Source: Anthoceros angustus (lineage: Eukaryota > Plantae > Anthocerotophyta). From it: a DNA stretch of 64,000 nt. Both the position numbers and the translations under genes were made by a program. Where the stretch lies: positions 310,001 through 374,000 of the forward strand of contig VJWM01000134.1 of NCBI GenBank assembly GCA_010909165.1, given 5' to 3'. The notes under the pieces were generated by a model. The model did no database searches. It was not told where the DNA came from and worked only from the letters and a program-made list of their open reading frames with translations. Of the stretch, positions 35,984 through 47,170 are shown in pieces (within the stretch, counting starts at the first letter, position 1; every line of letters starts with the position of its first letter).

Positions 35984-38900
35984 TCAGGGTCGACCCTTAC
36001 AACTGCAAGAGCCACCAGCAAATCGATGCACACGGTACCCATCCCTTACAACAATGTCTCTCCTTTCGATCCTTGACATGATTTCAGTGGAACTGTGGCA
36101 GTCACTGCACATGCGTAGATTCTTCGTTACCAGCAGAGTTGTCCCACTAGGAGTGTTCAGCAGACCATACGCAAGAGCTAGTTTTTCCGCATGCCCACAA
36201 AGCACATCTTCCTTTTCCTTCTCAGTCAGCGGCTTCAACACCAACTTCGTTTGAGGTTGGTGGCCACCTTCCTGCTTCAGACGTGCATTCATGCTCTCTA
36301 CCTTGACTCCAATATCATCTCTGTTTTCTCCCACCACAAATGTATGAACCTGCTTCTTCACCTCAATGCCTGCCACTGCAGGTTTCTTCTTAGCTCCTGC
36401 TACCATCCTCAGAGTTTCAATCCTCTCTACATCAGTACATCTGCCTGCATCTGCATAGGCATTAGCCATGAGAACATATGAGGACGCTCGCTGAGGGTCC
36501 AGTCTAACAAGACTTTCAAAACACCGAGACGCCCTCTCTATATCCCCGTGACTTTTGCAGGCATTCAGCAAAGATGTCAACCCCACAACATCTCTTTGGC
36601 TCTCACAAGATAATAGCATGTTCTCTGCCTCATCCAAGTGGCCTGCACGTCCAAGAAGATCTATCATGCAAGTGTAATGCTCAGTAGTGGGTTTGACGCC
36701 ATGCTGTTCAAACATGGAACCAAAGTGCTTGCGACCCTCATCCACCAGTCCTTCGTGACTGCATGCTGTTAAAAGGCAAGTGAAAGTAACAGCATCAGGC
36801 TGAATACCAGCGACAAGCATCTCCTCAAAACAAGCTAGTGCATTGTGACCTTCATCGCAAGCACCACACCCAGCTATCAGGGCATTCCATGTCACTACAT
36901 CTTTTGTGGCCAAGCTGTCAAAAACCCCTCGTGCACCTTCCAGTTCGCCACATTTAACATACATGTCCACCAGGCAGTTGCCCACCAGTAAGTCATCTAG
37001 CAGGCCTCTTTCCACAATCTGAGAGTGCAGCTGCCTGCCCTTCTGCAAGGCACCAGCGCTTGCACAGGCCTTCAGAAGGCAAGCAAAAGTAATATTGTCA
37101 GCCACAACCAGGCCCTCTTGCTCCATTTGTCCATACAGTACAAGTGCCTCTTGACCAAGCCCAATATTTGCATACCCAGCAATCAGGGCCGTCCATGTCA
37201 CCACATCCTTTGTGGCTAAGCTATCAAAAACCCCACGTGCATCTTCCAGTTCGCCAAATTTTGCATACATGTCCACCAAGGAGGTGCCCACCACTGCATC
37301 AACTAGCAGTCCTCTTTCCACAATCTGTGAATGCAGCTGCCTGCCCTTTTGCAAGGCACCAGCGCTTGCACAGGCCTTCAAAAGGCAAGCAAAAGTAAAC
37401 TGGTCAGCGACAGTCAAGCCCTCCTGCTCCATCCGTCCATACAGAACAAGCGCCTCTTGGCCGAATCCATTATTGGCATACCCAGCAATCAAGGTATTCC
37501 ATGTTACCACACTTTTTGTGGTCAACCTCTCAAAAACCCCGCATGCTTCTTCCAGTTCACCACATTTTACATACATGTCCACAAGGCAGTTGCCTACCAG
37601 TATGTCATCTAGCAGGCCTCTTTCCACGATCTGTGAGTGCAGCTGCCTGCCTTTCTGCCAAGCACCAGCGCTTGCACAGGCCTTAAGAAGGCAAGCAAAA
37701 GTAACATGGTCAGCCACAGTCAGTCCCTCCTGCTTCATTCGTCCATACAGAGCAAGCGCTTCTTGGCCGAACCCATGATTTGCATACCCGGCAATCAAGA
37801 CCGTCCATGTCACGACATTCTTTGTCGCCAAGCTTTCAAAAACACCACGAGCATCTTCCAGTTCGCCACATTTTGCATACATGTCAACCAGGCACGTGCC
37901 CACCAGAATGTCATGCAGCTGCCCTCTTTCCACAATCTGTGAGTGCAGCTGCCTGCCCTTCTGTAAGGCACCAGCGCTTGCACAGGCCTTCAGAAGGCAA
38001 GCAAAAGTAACATGGTCAGCCAAAACCAGGCCCTTTTGCTCCATCTGTCCATACAGAGCAAGTGCCTCTTGGCCGAACCCATGATTTGCATACCCAGCAA
38101 TCAGGGCATTCCATGTCACGACATTCTTTGTCGCCAAGCTTTCAAAAACACCACGAGCATCTTCCAGTTCGCCACATTTTGCATACATGTCAACCAGGCA
38201 CGTGCCCACCAGAATGTCATGCAGCTGCCCTCTTTCCACAATCTCTAAGTGCAACTGCCTGCCCTTCTGTAAGGCACCAGCGCTGCCACAGGCCTTCAGA
38301 AGGCAAGCAAAAGTGACATGGTCAGCCAAAACCAGGCCCTTTTGCTCCATCTGTCCATACAGAGCAAGTGCCTCTTGGCCGAACCCATGATTTGCATACC
38401 CAGCAATCAGGGCATTCCATGTCACCACATTTCTAGTGCCCAAGCTGTCAAAAATTCGCCGTGCCTCTTCCAGTTCGCCACACTTCGCATACATATCCAC
38501 CAGGCCAGTGCTAACAAACAAATCCGGAGAAATGCCACTTCGCAACAAATCAGAGTGGACTTCTCTGCCAGATTCCAAATCCGCTGCTAATGCACAAGCT
38601 TGAAGGGCAGCCACATAGACGTGAGCATCCGCCTTCACACCTGAGCCACGCACCTTAAGGTAGAGTTGTATGGCCTCTTTAGGTTGCCCATGTTTAATAT
38701 GTGCATTGATCATCGAAGACCACATGAAGGCATCTGGTTTGCCGACCCTGGTGAACACATCCATGGCCTCCTGTAGCCTCCCTCCACTTGCATACATGCG
38801 CAAGATATGGTTTCCTAGGTACGTATTTGACTCGTATCCAAGTTTGACACTAAGATCATGAACTCGTCGCCCCACCACCAGATCCTTCTTGGCTGCGCAT

Positions 38901-39493
38901 AGCCTTAGCACTGTATACAATAACGACAGAGAAATAGAACAGCCAGTGTGTGCCAGAAATTCCAGGGCTCCAACGGCCTCAGTAAGCTTCCCCTGCTGAC
39001 AAAACGTGGTCACGGATACAGCCGTTACGACGCCCATTTCTGATCCTGCACGCCTGCCAGGCTCAAAACTATCCGGAGGCCTCAACTTGGAAGGAGAGGC
39101 ACCATAACCCATCCGCATATCCAAAGAAACAAGTTGCTCATCGACCCAAGCTGGCTTGCACATGTTGTTTAACCAGAGGACCTCACTGGACCCCTTACGC
39201 CGGAAGTCGGGCGAATGGGAGCTCTTCTTAAGCCGCCTGTCATCCCACCACATGGTAGGGTCCAGAAAAAAATGCCGCCACAAGAGCTCCTGCTCTCGGT
39301 GACGGCCGTCGCCATCGCCAGCTACACATTTGCTCGGAAGTGCTGGGATCCTTAAACTGCTGCACCTGGAGGCCCGGTTGTTTGCCAGCGGTTGACACCC
39401 AAAAGTGAGCTCAGCCGGAGCTCCTCGTAGAGACTCTGTACACCCACCGATTTGTTGGATCCAAAACGGATCCGGTTGCCATACTGTAGTCAT
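35984..39493 (-). CDS. PLS-PPR protein with E1-E2 and a variant DYW:KP domain ending in GRP (candidate U-to-C RNA editing factor), N-terminal PDF motif; intronless, about 1169 aa
   Basis: 23 PLS motifs, then KKPAVAGIEV (in place of the PG box), CGHAEKLALAYG, KNLRMCSDCH and HRFAGGSCSCKGRP*. First in-frame ATG at 39493. Confidence 0.93.
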   Translation of the reverse strand: MTTVWQPDPFWIQQIGGCTESLRGAPAELTFGCQPLANNRASRCSSLRIPALPSKCVAGDGDGRHREQELLWRHFFLDPTMWWDDRRLKKSSHSPDFRRKGSSEVLWLNNMCKPAWVDEQLVSLDMRMGYGASPSKLRPPDSFEPGRRAGSEMGVVTAVSVTTFCQQGKLTEAVGALEFLAHTGCSISLSLLYTVLRLCAAKKDLVVGRRVHDLSVKLGYESNTYLGNHILRMYASGGRLQEAMDVFTRVGKPDAFMWSSMINAHIKHGQPKEAIQLYLKVRGSGVKADAHVYVAALQACALAADLESGREVHSDLLRSGISPDLFVSTGLVDMYAKCGELEEARRIFDSLGTRNVVTWNALIAGYANHGFGQEALALYGQMEQKGLVLADHVTFACLLKACGSAGALQKGRQLHLEIVERGQLHDILVGTCLVDMYAKCGELEDARGVFESLATKNVVTWNALIAGYANHGFGQEALALYGQMEQKGLVLADHVTFACLLKACASAGALQKGRQLHSQIVERGQLHDILVGTCLVDMYAKCGELEDARGVFESLATKNVVTWTVLIAGYANHGFGQEALALYGRMKQEGLTVADHVTFACLLKACASAGAWQKGRQLHSQIVERGLLDDILVGNCLVDMYVKCGELEEACGVFERLTTKSVVTWNTLIAGYANNGFGQEALVLYGRMEQEGLTVADQFTFACLLKACASAGALQKGRQLHSQIVERGLLVDAVVGTSLVDMYAKFGELEDARGVFDSLATKDVVTWTALIAGYANIGLGQEALVLYGQMEQEGLVVADNITFACLLKACASAGALQKGRQLHSQIVERGLLDDLLVGNCLVDMYVKCGELEGARGVFDSLATKDVVTWNALIAGCGACDEGHNALACFEEMLVAGIQPDAVTFTCLLTACSHEGLVDEGRKHFGSMFEQHGVKPTTEHYTCMIDLLGRAGHLDEAENMLLSCESQRDVVGLTSLLNACKSHGDIERASRCFESLVRLDPQRASSYVLMANAYADAGRCTDVERIETLRMVAGAKKKPAVAGIEVKKQVHTFVVGENRDDIGVKVESMNARLKQEGGHQPQTKLVLKPLTEKEKEDVLCGHAEKLALAYGLLNTPSGTTLLVTKNLRMCSDCHSSTEIMSRIERRDIVVRDGYRVHRFAGGSCSCKGRP

Positions 39494-40329
39494 CTTGCAG
39501 CTTTGTGTCGGGAAGAACTTCAGGATCCACAGACCGGGGGAGCAACAGGCATACAAGCGAATGCAGGGTCCGCCAGTCTGCTTTGATGGACACAACGGGG
39601 CCTGAGAGGAGCAGCCAAAATGCCTCGTCGTGATTATGTCGACCACGCGATTGGGTAGCGTCCAGTTTAGAATTAACCACGCCCAGTTTGGAGTTGTAGA
39701 CCAGATACAACTTGTAGGTACAACTGTTCACAACCCATCTCCAACGCACTTCACGAATCACAATATCACCGGTGAGAAGTGATTGGGGTATGCTCGGCAC
39801 CTCTTGAAGAGAAATCCGCAGGAGATAAACATCGTGTCTTCACGACACTGGTTTGTGCTTTGAAAGACAGTCGGCAGGGGATAAGAATTGTGTTTCCTGC
39901 AAAACCGACGGTGATACTTCGAGAGTGTGCTTAAGGTGGTCCATTGTGGGCGTGCACAGCAAGCCCCTGCAAACTAAGGAGACACCCATGGTAGACACCC
40001 ATTCAATTGTGAAGCACGGCGACGTATACATGCAGCAGTCCATGCAGCAGCAAGTCTCTCGTGGTTATGGAGTTCATGTGTGCGTACACTGGCAACACTC
40101 CGTGCACTACTAGGCAGACTGTGGAGCGTTAGGTTCCACGAAAATACTTAACGCTGTGATGTGGTCTCCTGAAAACATCACCAGAAGCTATAGTCAGTAG
40201 AACAGGGTAAAAGAACACGGGAGCAACAGTTGTGCAAAAAATACGAGTCCATCACCCACGACATACCTGCTTCAAACATGATTTTGAAATCGAGAGGGTC
40301 CAAAAGTCACTGCAACCCTCAAAAGTCCT

Positions 40330-40668
40330 TCAAAAGTCACTGCAACGCCCTCCCTTTTCCCAGTCTCCATAACGCGTAGGTTCAGGCCCTCTTGGACCTC
40401 CTACTTCGCCAGTCTCGGGGTTTCGAAATTCACCGTCTTCTTCATCACCTGCCTCCTCATTCGTCACCTCCTCCTCCCGCTCACCCACAGCGGACTGCGA
40501 TACAACCTCCTCGGATCTTACAGCCTCCTCCTCCAAAGCCTTCTCCGTATCGACGGACGAAGCAAACCCTCCCTTCACGCCTGAAAACACCGCAGGAGCA
40601 CCACGAGCTGCACAACGTGCTATAGCAGCATAACCGGACGCGATTCCCCTCCCCCGAGCGCTCAACAT
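40330..40668 (-). CDS. SDHAF4: Succinate dehydrogenase assembly factor 4 (SDHAF4/SDH8, DUF1674), 112 aa
   Basis: C-terminal [30 protein letters not shown], with an Arg/Ala-rich presequence-like N-terminus from ATG 40668. Confidence 0.93.
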   Translation of the reverse strand: MLSARGRGIASGYAAIARCAARGAPAVFSGVKGGFASSVDTEKALEEEAVRSEEVVSQSAVGEREEEVTNEEAGDEEDGEFRNPETGEVGGPRGPEPTRYGDWEKGGRCSDF

Positions 40669-41112
40669 TCTGATTTGCTCCAGTCTCGCCCACACAGCGT
40701 CCTGCGACTTCGATGGATCAAGTGAGCTACCGATCCACCAGTTATTAGGGCTTACAAGTGTCACTCCTTACAGCGAGACCAAATTATCTTACAATACTCT
40801 CTCTAAATGGGATCCCTCTCTTATTTTCTCGCTCCTTCAAAGTATAAAGAGATAAATAGGACCTCTAGAGCCGCTCCCATGTGTTTAGTCCCCATTAGAG
40901 AGGGCCGATTGTATACGGGAAATGGAGACATAGAGACCCGACAGCCCACACCGTTCCGTCGGAGGAAGCAAGCCAACAATTGTGGGAGACGGGCATTTCT
41001 GCTGCAGGGGGGTTGAAGTGCGAGAGCCAGTTGCCTTTCATTCTTTGTGTTGTCATGCGTTTGCTGATCGTTTGATGAACAGGGCTCCACATTGGAGACA
41101 TGCAGCTGAACG

Positions 41113-43638
41113 ATGATACACAATTGTTGCAGTGGAGGCAGAGTAGACTGCACCAGGAATGTTCGAGGATCTGGAAGTTCGATGCTTTCGACCTCAGATG
41201 GCAGAGGAACCGATTCTGTGAAGGGGGTTGATGCGTTGCATGTGAGTGAGGACTTTGTTCTCACTTTGGTCAGATGTGGGAGCTTAGGGGATGCGGTAAG
41301 AATTTTCAGGCGATTGTCACATCGGACCGTGGTGTCTTGGACGGCGATCATTTCGGGGCACATTAATGGTGGGAGAGGTCAGGAGGCTCTCAAAATGTAT
41401 CAGCAAATGCAAGAAGAACGAGTCCAGCCAAGCAGATATCTCCTCCTAAGCCTGCTCAGAACTTGTGGCACCTTAGCAGACTTAGAAGAGGGCAAGCGCT
41501 TACACAAAGACGTGGTGAGACATAGGTACCAGTCTGATTTGTTTGTGGGCACGAGTTTGGTCGATATGTATGCAAAATGTGGGAACATGGTAGAGGCTCA
41601 GCAGGTGTTTGATTCTTTGGTTGAGCGGGATGTAGTTTCATGGAATGCCATGATTGCAGGGTATGCCCAGCAGGGACAAGGAGAGAAAGCTTTGCAACTT
41701 TATTCCGAGATGCAAGAGCAAGGTGTGGTGCCCAACCATCGGACTTTCCCTAGCTTGCTGAAAGCATGTGCTAGCTTGGCAGCCATAGAGGATGACACGG
41801 CGATGAGCGGCCAACAGGTGAAAGGTACGTTTTTTGAAAAAGCCAAGCAGATTCATGCTGAAGTGATTCGAAGGGGTTTTGACTCGGATATTTATGTCGG
41901 CAACACTCTTGTGCACATGTACGCGAAATATGGCAACATGGCTGACGCGAGGCAGGTGTTTGACAGCTTGTCGAAGCGTGATGTAGTTTCATGGAATGCC
42001 CTGATCGCTGGATATGCTCAGCAAGAGGAGGGTGACATGACTTTGGAACTGTATTCCAAAATGACGAATGAAGGTGTAAGACCAGACAATCGGACCTTTG
42101 CGATACTGTTGAAAGCATGTGGGAGCCTAGCAGCCATGGAAGAAGAAACACTTGTTGATGGGAAGCCACTCAGAGTACAGTCTCTGATCAAAGGCAAGGG
42201 AATTCATGCTGAAGTTGTTAGATGGTGTTATCAGTCAAATGTGTTCGTCCAGAGCACGTTAGTTCACATGTATGTAAAATGCGGTGACCTTGTTGATGCA
42301 CGGTATGTGTTTGACACTTTGTCACAGCACGATTTGGTGTCCTGTAATGCTATGATTGCGGGGTATGCGCAGCAGGATGAAGCGGATATGGCCTTGGGGC
42401 TATACTGTGAAATGCTGGAGGAGGGTGTCACGCCAGACAGCTGGACTTTTGCTAGTGTGCTGAAAGCATGCGGAAGCCTTGCATCGATTGAAGAAGAAAC
42501 GTTTTTTGAAGGGCAAGTGGTAAAGTTACAGTCTCTGCGTAGGGGTAAGGAAGTCCATGCTGAAGTGGTTCGCAGGGGCAGCCAATCAAATGAAATTGTG
42601 TGCACAGCCTTGGTTGACATGTATGCAAAATGCGGTGACATGGTAAATGCACACCGTGTCTTCAACTCTCTTCTACAGCGCGATGTTGTATCATGGACTG
42701 CATTGATCAGTGGATGTGCTCAGCAAGAACAGGGTGAGAAGGCTTTGCAACTGTATGCTGATATGCAGGATGCAGGTGTCATACCTGATCAAACCATATT
42801 TCTCTGTGCCCTTAAAGCATTGAGCACTATAGGGGCCTTGAAACTTTGCAAGCAGATTCATCAAGATATCATTGAAAGTGGAGTCGAACTGAGTTCCTGT
42901 GTCGCAACCTCCCTCATCCACGCTTATGGACAATGTAGTAGCATGCTGGATGCAAGACGTGTATTTGACACTTTCCCCCATCTTGATGTGATGTCGTGGA
43001 ATGCACTGATTGCAGGTTATGCCCGACAAGGAGACTGCATTATGAGCATACAATGTTTCGAAGAGATGCAACAGGCTGGCGTACTACCCAACGAGGTCAC
43101 ATTTCTTAGTGTTCTTGCCGCATGCGGGCATGCAGGTTTCGTCGAGGAAGGCATCCATTACTTCAGCGTGATGTACAGGGATTACGGCATCACTGCAACA
43201 AACCAACACCTCACTGCGCTAGTTGACCTGTTTGGTCGTGCGGGACTTCTGAGCCAGGCTGAGAACTTGATCCTGAATCTGCCCAGACAGCCCGAGCTGT
43301 CCATGTGGCTATCTTTGCTGGGCGCCTGTCGAAAATACAATGCTGCAGATGTCGCAAGACGCGCCTTCCAGCGTGCTGTCAGCCTGGACCCTAAACATGC
43401 TTCTCCATATGTCCTAATGTCAAGTATCTATGCCCAAAGTGGAATGTGGGAGGATGCACACCAGATTGAATTACTGAGACAACAAGCAGGCGCATGGAAG
43501 AAACCTGGGCAAAGCTGGATCGAGCATGACAAGGACGTCCACATGTTTGCCGTTGACGACAGGCACAACGACCATGTTTGCGCAAGGTTGCAGAGTCTGA
43601 GTGTACAGCTAAAGGAGGGAGGATACTTACCATACTAA
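41113..43638 (+). CDS. PLS-class PPR protein, E1-E2-E+, paralog of 4938-8449
   Basis: PLS repeats with three insertion-bearing L motifs. Ends WLSLLGACRKY, YVLMSSIYA, KKPGQSWIE...GGYLPY*. The start could be 41113 or 41182. Confidence 0.9.
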   Translation: MIHNCCSGGRVDCTRNVRGSGSSMLSTSDGRGTDSVKGVDALHVSEDFVLTLVRCGSLGDAVRIFRRLSHRTVVSWTAIISGHINGGRGQEALKMYQQMQEERVQPSRYLLLSLLRTCGTLADLEEGKRLHKDVVRHRYQSDLFVGTSLVDMYAKCGNMVEAQQVFDSLVERDVVSWNAMIAGYAQQGQGEKALQLYSEMQEQGVVPNHRTFPSLLKACASLAAIEDDTAMSGQQVKGTFFEKAKQIHAEVIRRGFDSDIYVGNTLVHMYAKYGNMADARQVFDSLSKRDVVSWNALIAGYAQQEEGDMTLELYSKMTNEGVRPDNRTFAILLKACGSLAAMEEETLVDGKPLRVQSLIKGKGIHAEVVRWCYQSNVFVQSTLVHMYVKCGDLVDARYVFDTLSQHDLVSCNAMIAGYAQQDEADMALGLYCEMLEEGVTPDSWTFASVLKACGSLASIEEETFFEGQVVKLQSLRRGKEVHAEVVRRGSQSNEIVCTALVDMYAKCGDMVNAHRVFNSLLQRDVVSWTALISGCAQQEQGEKALQLYADMQDAGVIPDQTIFLCALKALSTIGALKLCKQIHQDIIESGVELSSCVATSLIHAYGQCSSMLDARRVFDTFPHLDVMSWNALIAGYARQGDCIMSIQCFEEMQQAGVLPNEVTFLSVLAACGHAGFVEEGIHYFSVMYRDYGITATNQHLTALVDLFGRAGLLSQAENLILNLPRQPELSMWLSLLGACRKYNAADVARRAFQRAVSLDPKHASPYVLMSSIYAQSGMWEDAHQIELLRQQAGAWKKPGQSWIEHDKDVHMFAVDDRHNDHVCARLQSLSVQLKEGGYLPY

Positions 43639-44732
43639 CACGTAGAGATGTAGTTGAAGTAGCACATTCTGCTACACAGATTGGATACCCGGGTTACATT
43701 CCTGCTGGAAATCACATGGAACCCCTGTCCATGTACGGATTGAAGGAAGGGCCACTGCACACGCAGGGTCTTACAACATCTGGAAGGTTGGACCTCTTCC
43801 AGCCAAATCGGGATCAACCCAGACAATGATAATCCGGGATTCTTGGGTAGTCTGGTAGAGAACTCTGAGATGCATCTCCCTATGCAATCAGGGAAAAAAA
43901 TCGGATGAAGGGAGGGAGACAGTCGTTGCCATGGCTCGGGCCGAGTCCAGCCTGGGTTAGTCCCCGGGCCACATCCAACCGCACGACCCGGCAGCCGCAC
44001 TGCGCCATGCCAACTTGGCCTCCCTGGCAATTTGGTTCCCGATGTCTCCGTCAATGGGAGCCCTCTTCTCGATCGCATGTGGCCTCCAAACTACGACCGG
44101 GACACACCTTGGTGCACATGGGTCGAAGAGGGAGGCCATACCATGGTTGAGATCGCGGTTTCATCACTTTGTTTGATTGTTTTGCTATCACACTCTACTG
44201 GTTAGTGGCTTGTTTGTAAAGGCTGACTCTGTGCGTCGAATCCTGTTCGTTTGGATCAGCCTCCTGTTTTCATTGCTTGGCAGATGGAGATCCGAACGAA
44301 ATGCGTTGGGTAGAGGTCATCCTCGATCGAGTTGTCGTATTTTTTAGAATTTTTAAATACCGATAAATCCACAGTTCGATGGCAGAAACTATTTTTCACC
44401 GAATTTACTAAAAGAATTGCACAAACCCTCTTGGAAGTTTGGGTTAACTCCCGACTTTGTTCATGCTGAGTGACAAGAGCCAATCTTTGTTCATGCTGAG
44501 TTACGAGAGCCAATCCTTGAACAACTTGAGGTTTTCTCTACGCGGGGCTCAAACTCAAACAGATATCCTACGAGGGACTTAGAAGCTTAGCAGGAATTTG
44601 AAGCATCCATGTTTCTACGTGAAAGTCTGTTCATTAGCCTGATCCTTCCCCTTCATACATCTACCCTCAGGCTCATCATCTCAGCAGTAAACAATGCGTA
44701 CACTTTCTCGATCGGTGTACATTTCAAGTCAT

Positions 44733-47155
44733 CTATGGCATAACAAAGTAGCCAGATGGGATGGGGCACTTTTTTTCACGCTAAACTCGTACAATATGCC
44801 ACGATACGTAGGCATGTATAAGAATATACTATCGAATCTAGTAAAGGAGTGCTACTCACCACACATGCTCATATGTGCGCTTTGGCGCCCTCACCAAGAG
44901 CGGCCAAGCACCAAAGCGGACAGACACGTTTTTTTCTTCCAAACGTATCTATGCTTCAAAACTGTTTTCAACACTGCTTTCAACACTTTCAACATGAAAA
45001 CAAAGAGGCACTTTGGTTTGAGAGACTGTGTATGGCATACCAAAGAGGACAAAGGGGATGGGGCATTTTTTTTCGCACGAAACCCGTACAATGCGTAGGC
45101 ATTTTCAAGAATATACCACTTATTCCTGTATAGCGGTGCACCCTCACAGCACATGTTGAAATGTCCGCTTTGGGGCCCTAACCAAGAACGGCCAAGCACC
45201 AAAGGGGATACACACTCTTTCTCTTCCAAACGTGTGTGTGCTTAAAAATGTTTTAATCCTTGCAACTTGAAAACAAAGAGCCAGAACACTATGTTTTCAG
45301 AGTCTTCCACCCTACCTTCTGCGATTATGTTTTCTTCGATGCTATCCCATGATTGCCAAACCCTTACCCGGCCGCTGCGCCGACCGCCCCATGGTTGCCA
45401 AACCCTACCTCGGCCACGGCCATGGTCTTCCAAGGCATTGACGGCTGCAGCCGCCGGCACGGCCATGGTTTGCGAACCCTGCACATGCGCGCGGCCGTGT
45501 CTGCGTCTTCTCAGCTAGGGACATTGGAATCGTGTTTTTGTTGGGGAACACGTGATGCTCGAAACAGCTGCTCGAAACAGGAAGAAGCACGATCCTACTC
45601 GAAATAGGAAGAGGGGATGGCGCTGGAACATGGAAGCCTCCTTCAGAGCTTTAGAGACATGGCCTTCACAACAGCTGACATACCTCTCAATACATTTGGG
45701 TGCACTAAACATTGTCCATACAACTTCAATCCCCACATCATGCCCAGGTCCCTGAACAACACCATGATTCTAGCTCTTCCATACTACCAAGTCTGCTATA
45801 TATAGAGACCTTGCATTCCCACCAGTTTATTGCAGCTGCCCATCAGCCGATCCCAAACTATATCCTAAGGTACAACACGACTTGGGCTTCCAACATCTGC
45901 ACCAATCAGCGAGCTCGTGAATGCTGTGATCAAGAGAAGAAGAGAGTGAAACAACATATTAAGCTGCTGAGATGTTCAGGCTATAAGCGACTAAAGAAGC
46001 GCCCAGGCTGCAAGAATGGATGCTATTGACTTGCCCAGACTCGCAGGCAGCTGCTCATACAGAGAAGGCACCTCCTCAGTGTCCTCTAACACCTCCTGAG
46101 TGTCCTCTAACACCTCCTCAGTGTCCTCTAACATGAAGGCCGAGGTTTGCATAGGGCAACACCACATATTCCAGCATCAATAGCCATCAGCCACAGCAAC
46201 ATGGGAACCTTCCAGCATCTGCAGCAATTAACCACATCAGCACCAGCTCTACCCAACAACCTCACCAAGAATGTTTAGAGTCCCTGCAACGAGCCGAAGT
46301 TTACAGCAAAGGGGAGCTATTCCATTCATCAAAAAAGGATGTCCACTGTACACATTACAAAATTGCACAGCTTGCATCAAACGCTATCTCCTATTGCGAC
46401 CTTCCTACGGCGCATCCTTTGCCCCCTAACTAAATGCAAACAACTACTATTGCTCTAACTCCAAGCCCAAGGGATGAGAACCAAGCCTACTCCATGGCTT
46501 TTATGATATGGCGGAGGCTTTTCAGCGTACCCTCCATTGCCTCCACAACGATCCGCATCCCGCGCCACATTGCCCTCATGTCCCATTTGCCTGCGGCGCC
46601 GCCTCCAGAAGCCCGCGTCCGAGCATTCGGCGTTGTTGGCACCTGCCTTGGCCGCCACGCTTCCTCCTCCGACACCATGTCCGACTCCGTGTAGTCTCGC
46701 CCTACACGCTTTCTCCCTCTTGTGCTCGCCCTCCGCAAAGGAGGGATCATCTGTTCACTCTGCTCTTCTGACATCGCCTCCGCGCCCTCCGCGGAGGACG
46801 GATCATCTGTTCACTCTGCTCTTCTGACATCGCCTCCGCTAGATAGCGACACTTCGAGAAGCCACCCCGCTACCACCCAACCCTAAACTCGGCCGCCTTG
46901 GCTTGCTGCGAGCACTTGCCGCCCGCATAAACTGCAAGTCAGGTTGGCAAAGAAAGAATCCCTGAACCGCGCGCGCACGGAAGGAACCGCAATGCGAAAA
47001 AAAAGAGGGGTTGAGTTTGTGTGTGAGAGTGCTCGCGAAGTGGTCGCTTTGGTGCGGCCACTTTTGACAACCTCAATTCGATGTGTGGTAGGAAGAAAAG
47101 TTTTGCGTGTGGAAAAAAGTGCCCCGTCCCCTCTGTCCTCTTTGGCATGCCATAG
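44733..47155. mobile_element. Non-autonomous TIR DNA element, 2.42 kb, 4-bp TSD TCAT
   Basis: Left end ctatggcataacaaag...gggatggggcacttttttt and right end aaaaaagtgccccgtccc...ctttggcatgccatag. TCAT at 44729-44732 and 47156-47159. The left about 300 bp is tandemly duplicated from about 45031. Confidence 0.8.
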
Positions 47156-47170
47156 TCATCCGGATATCCA

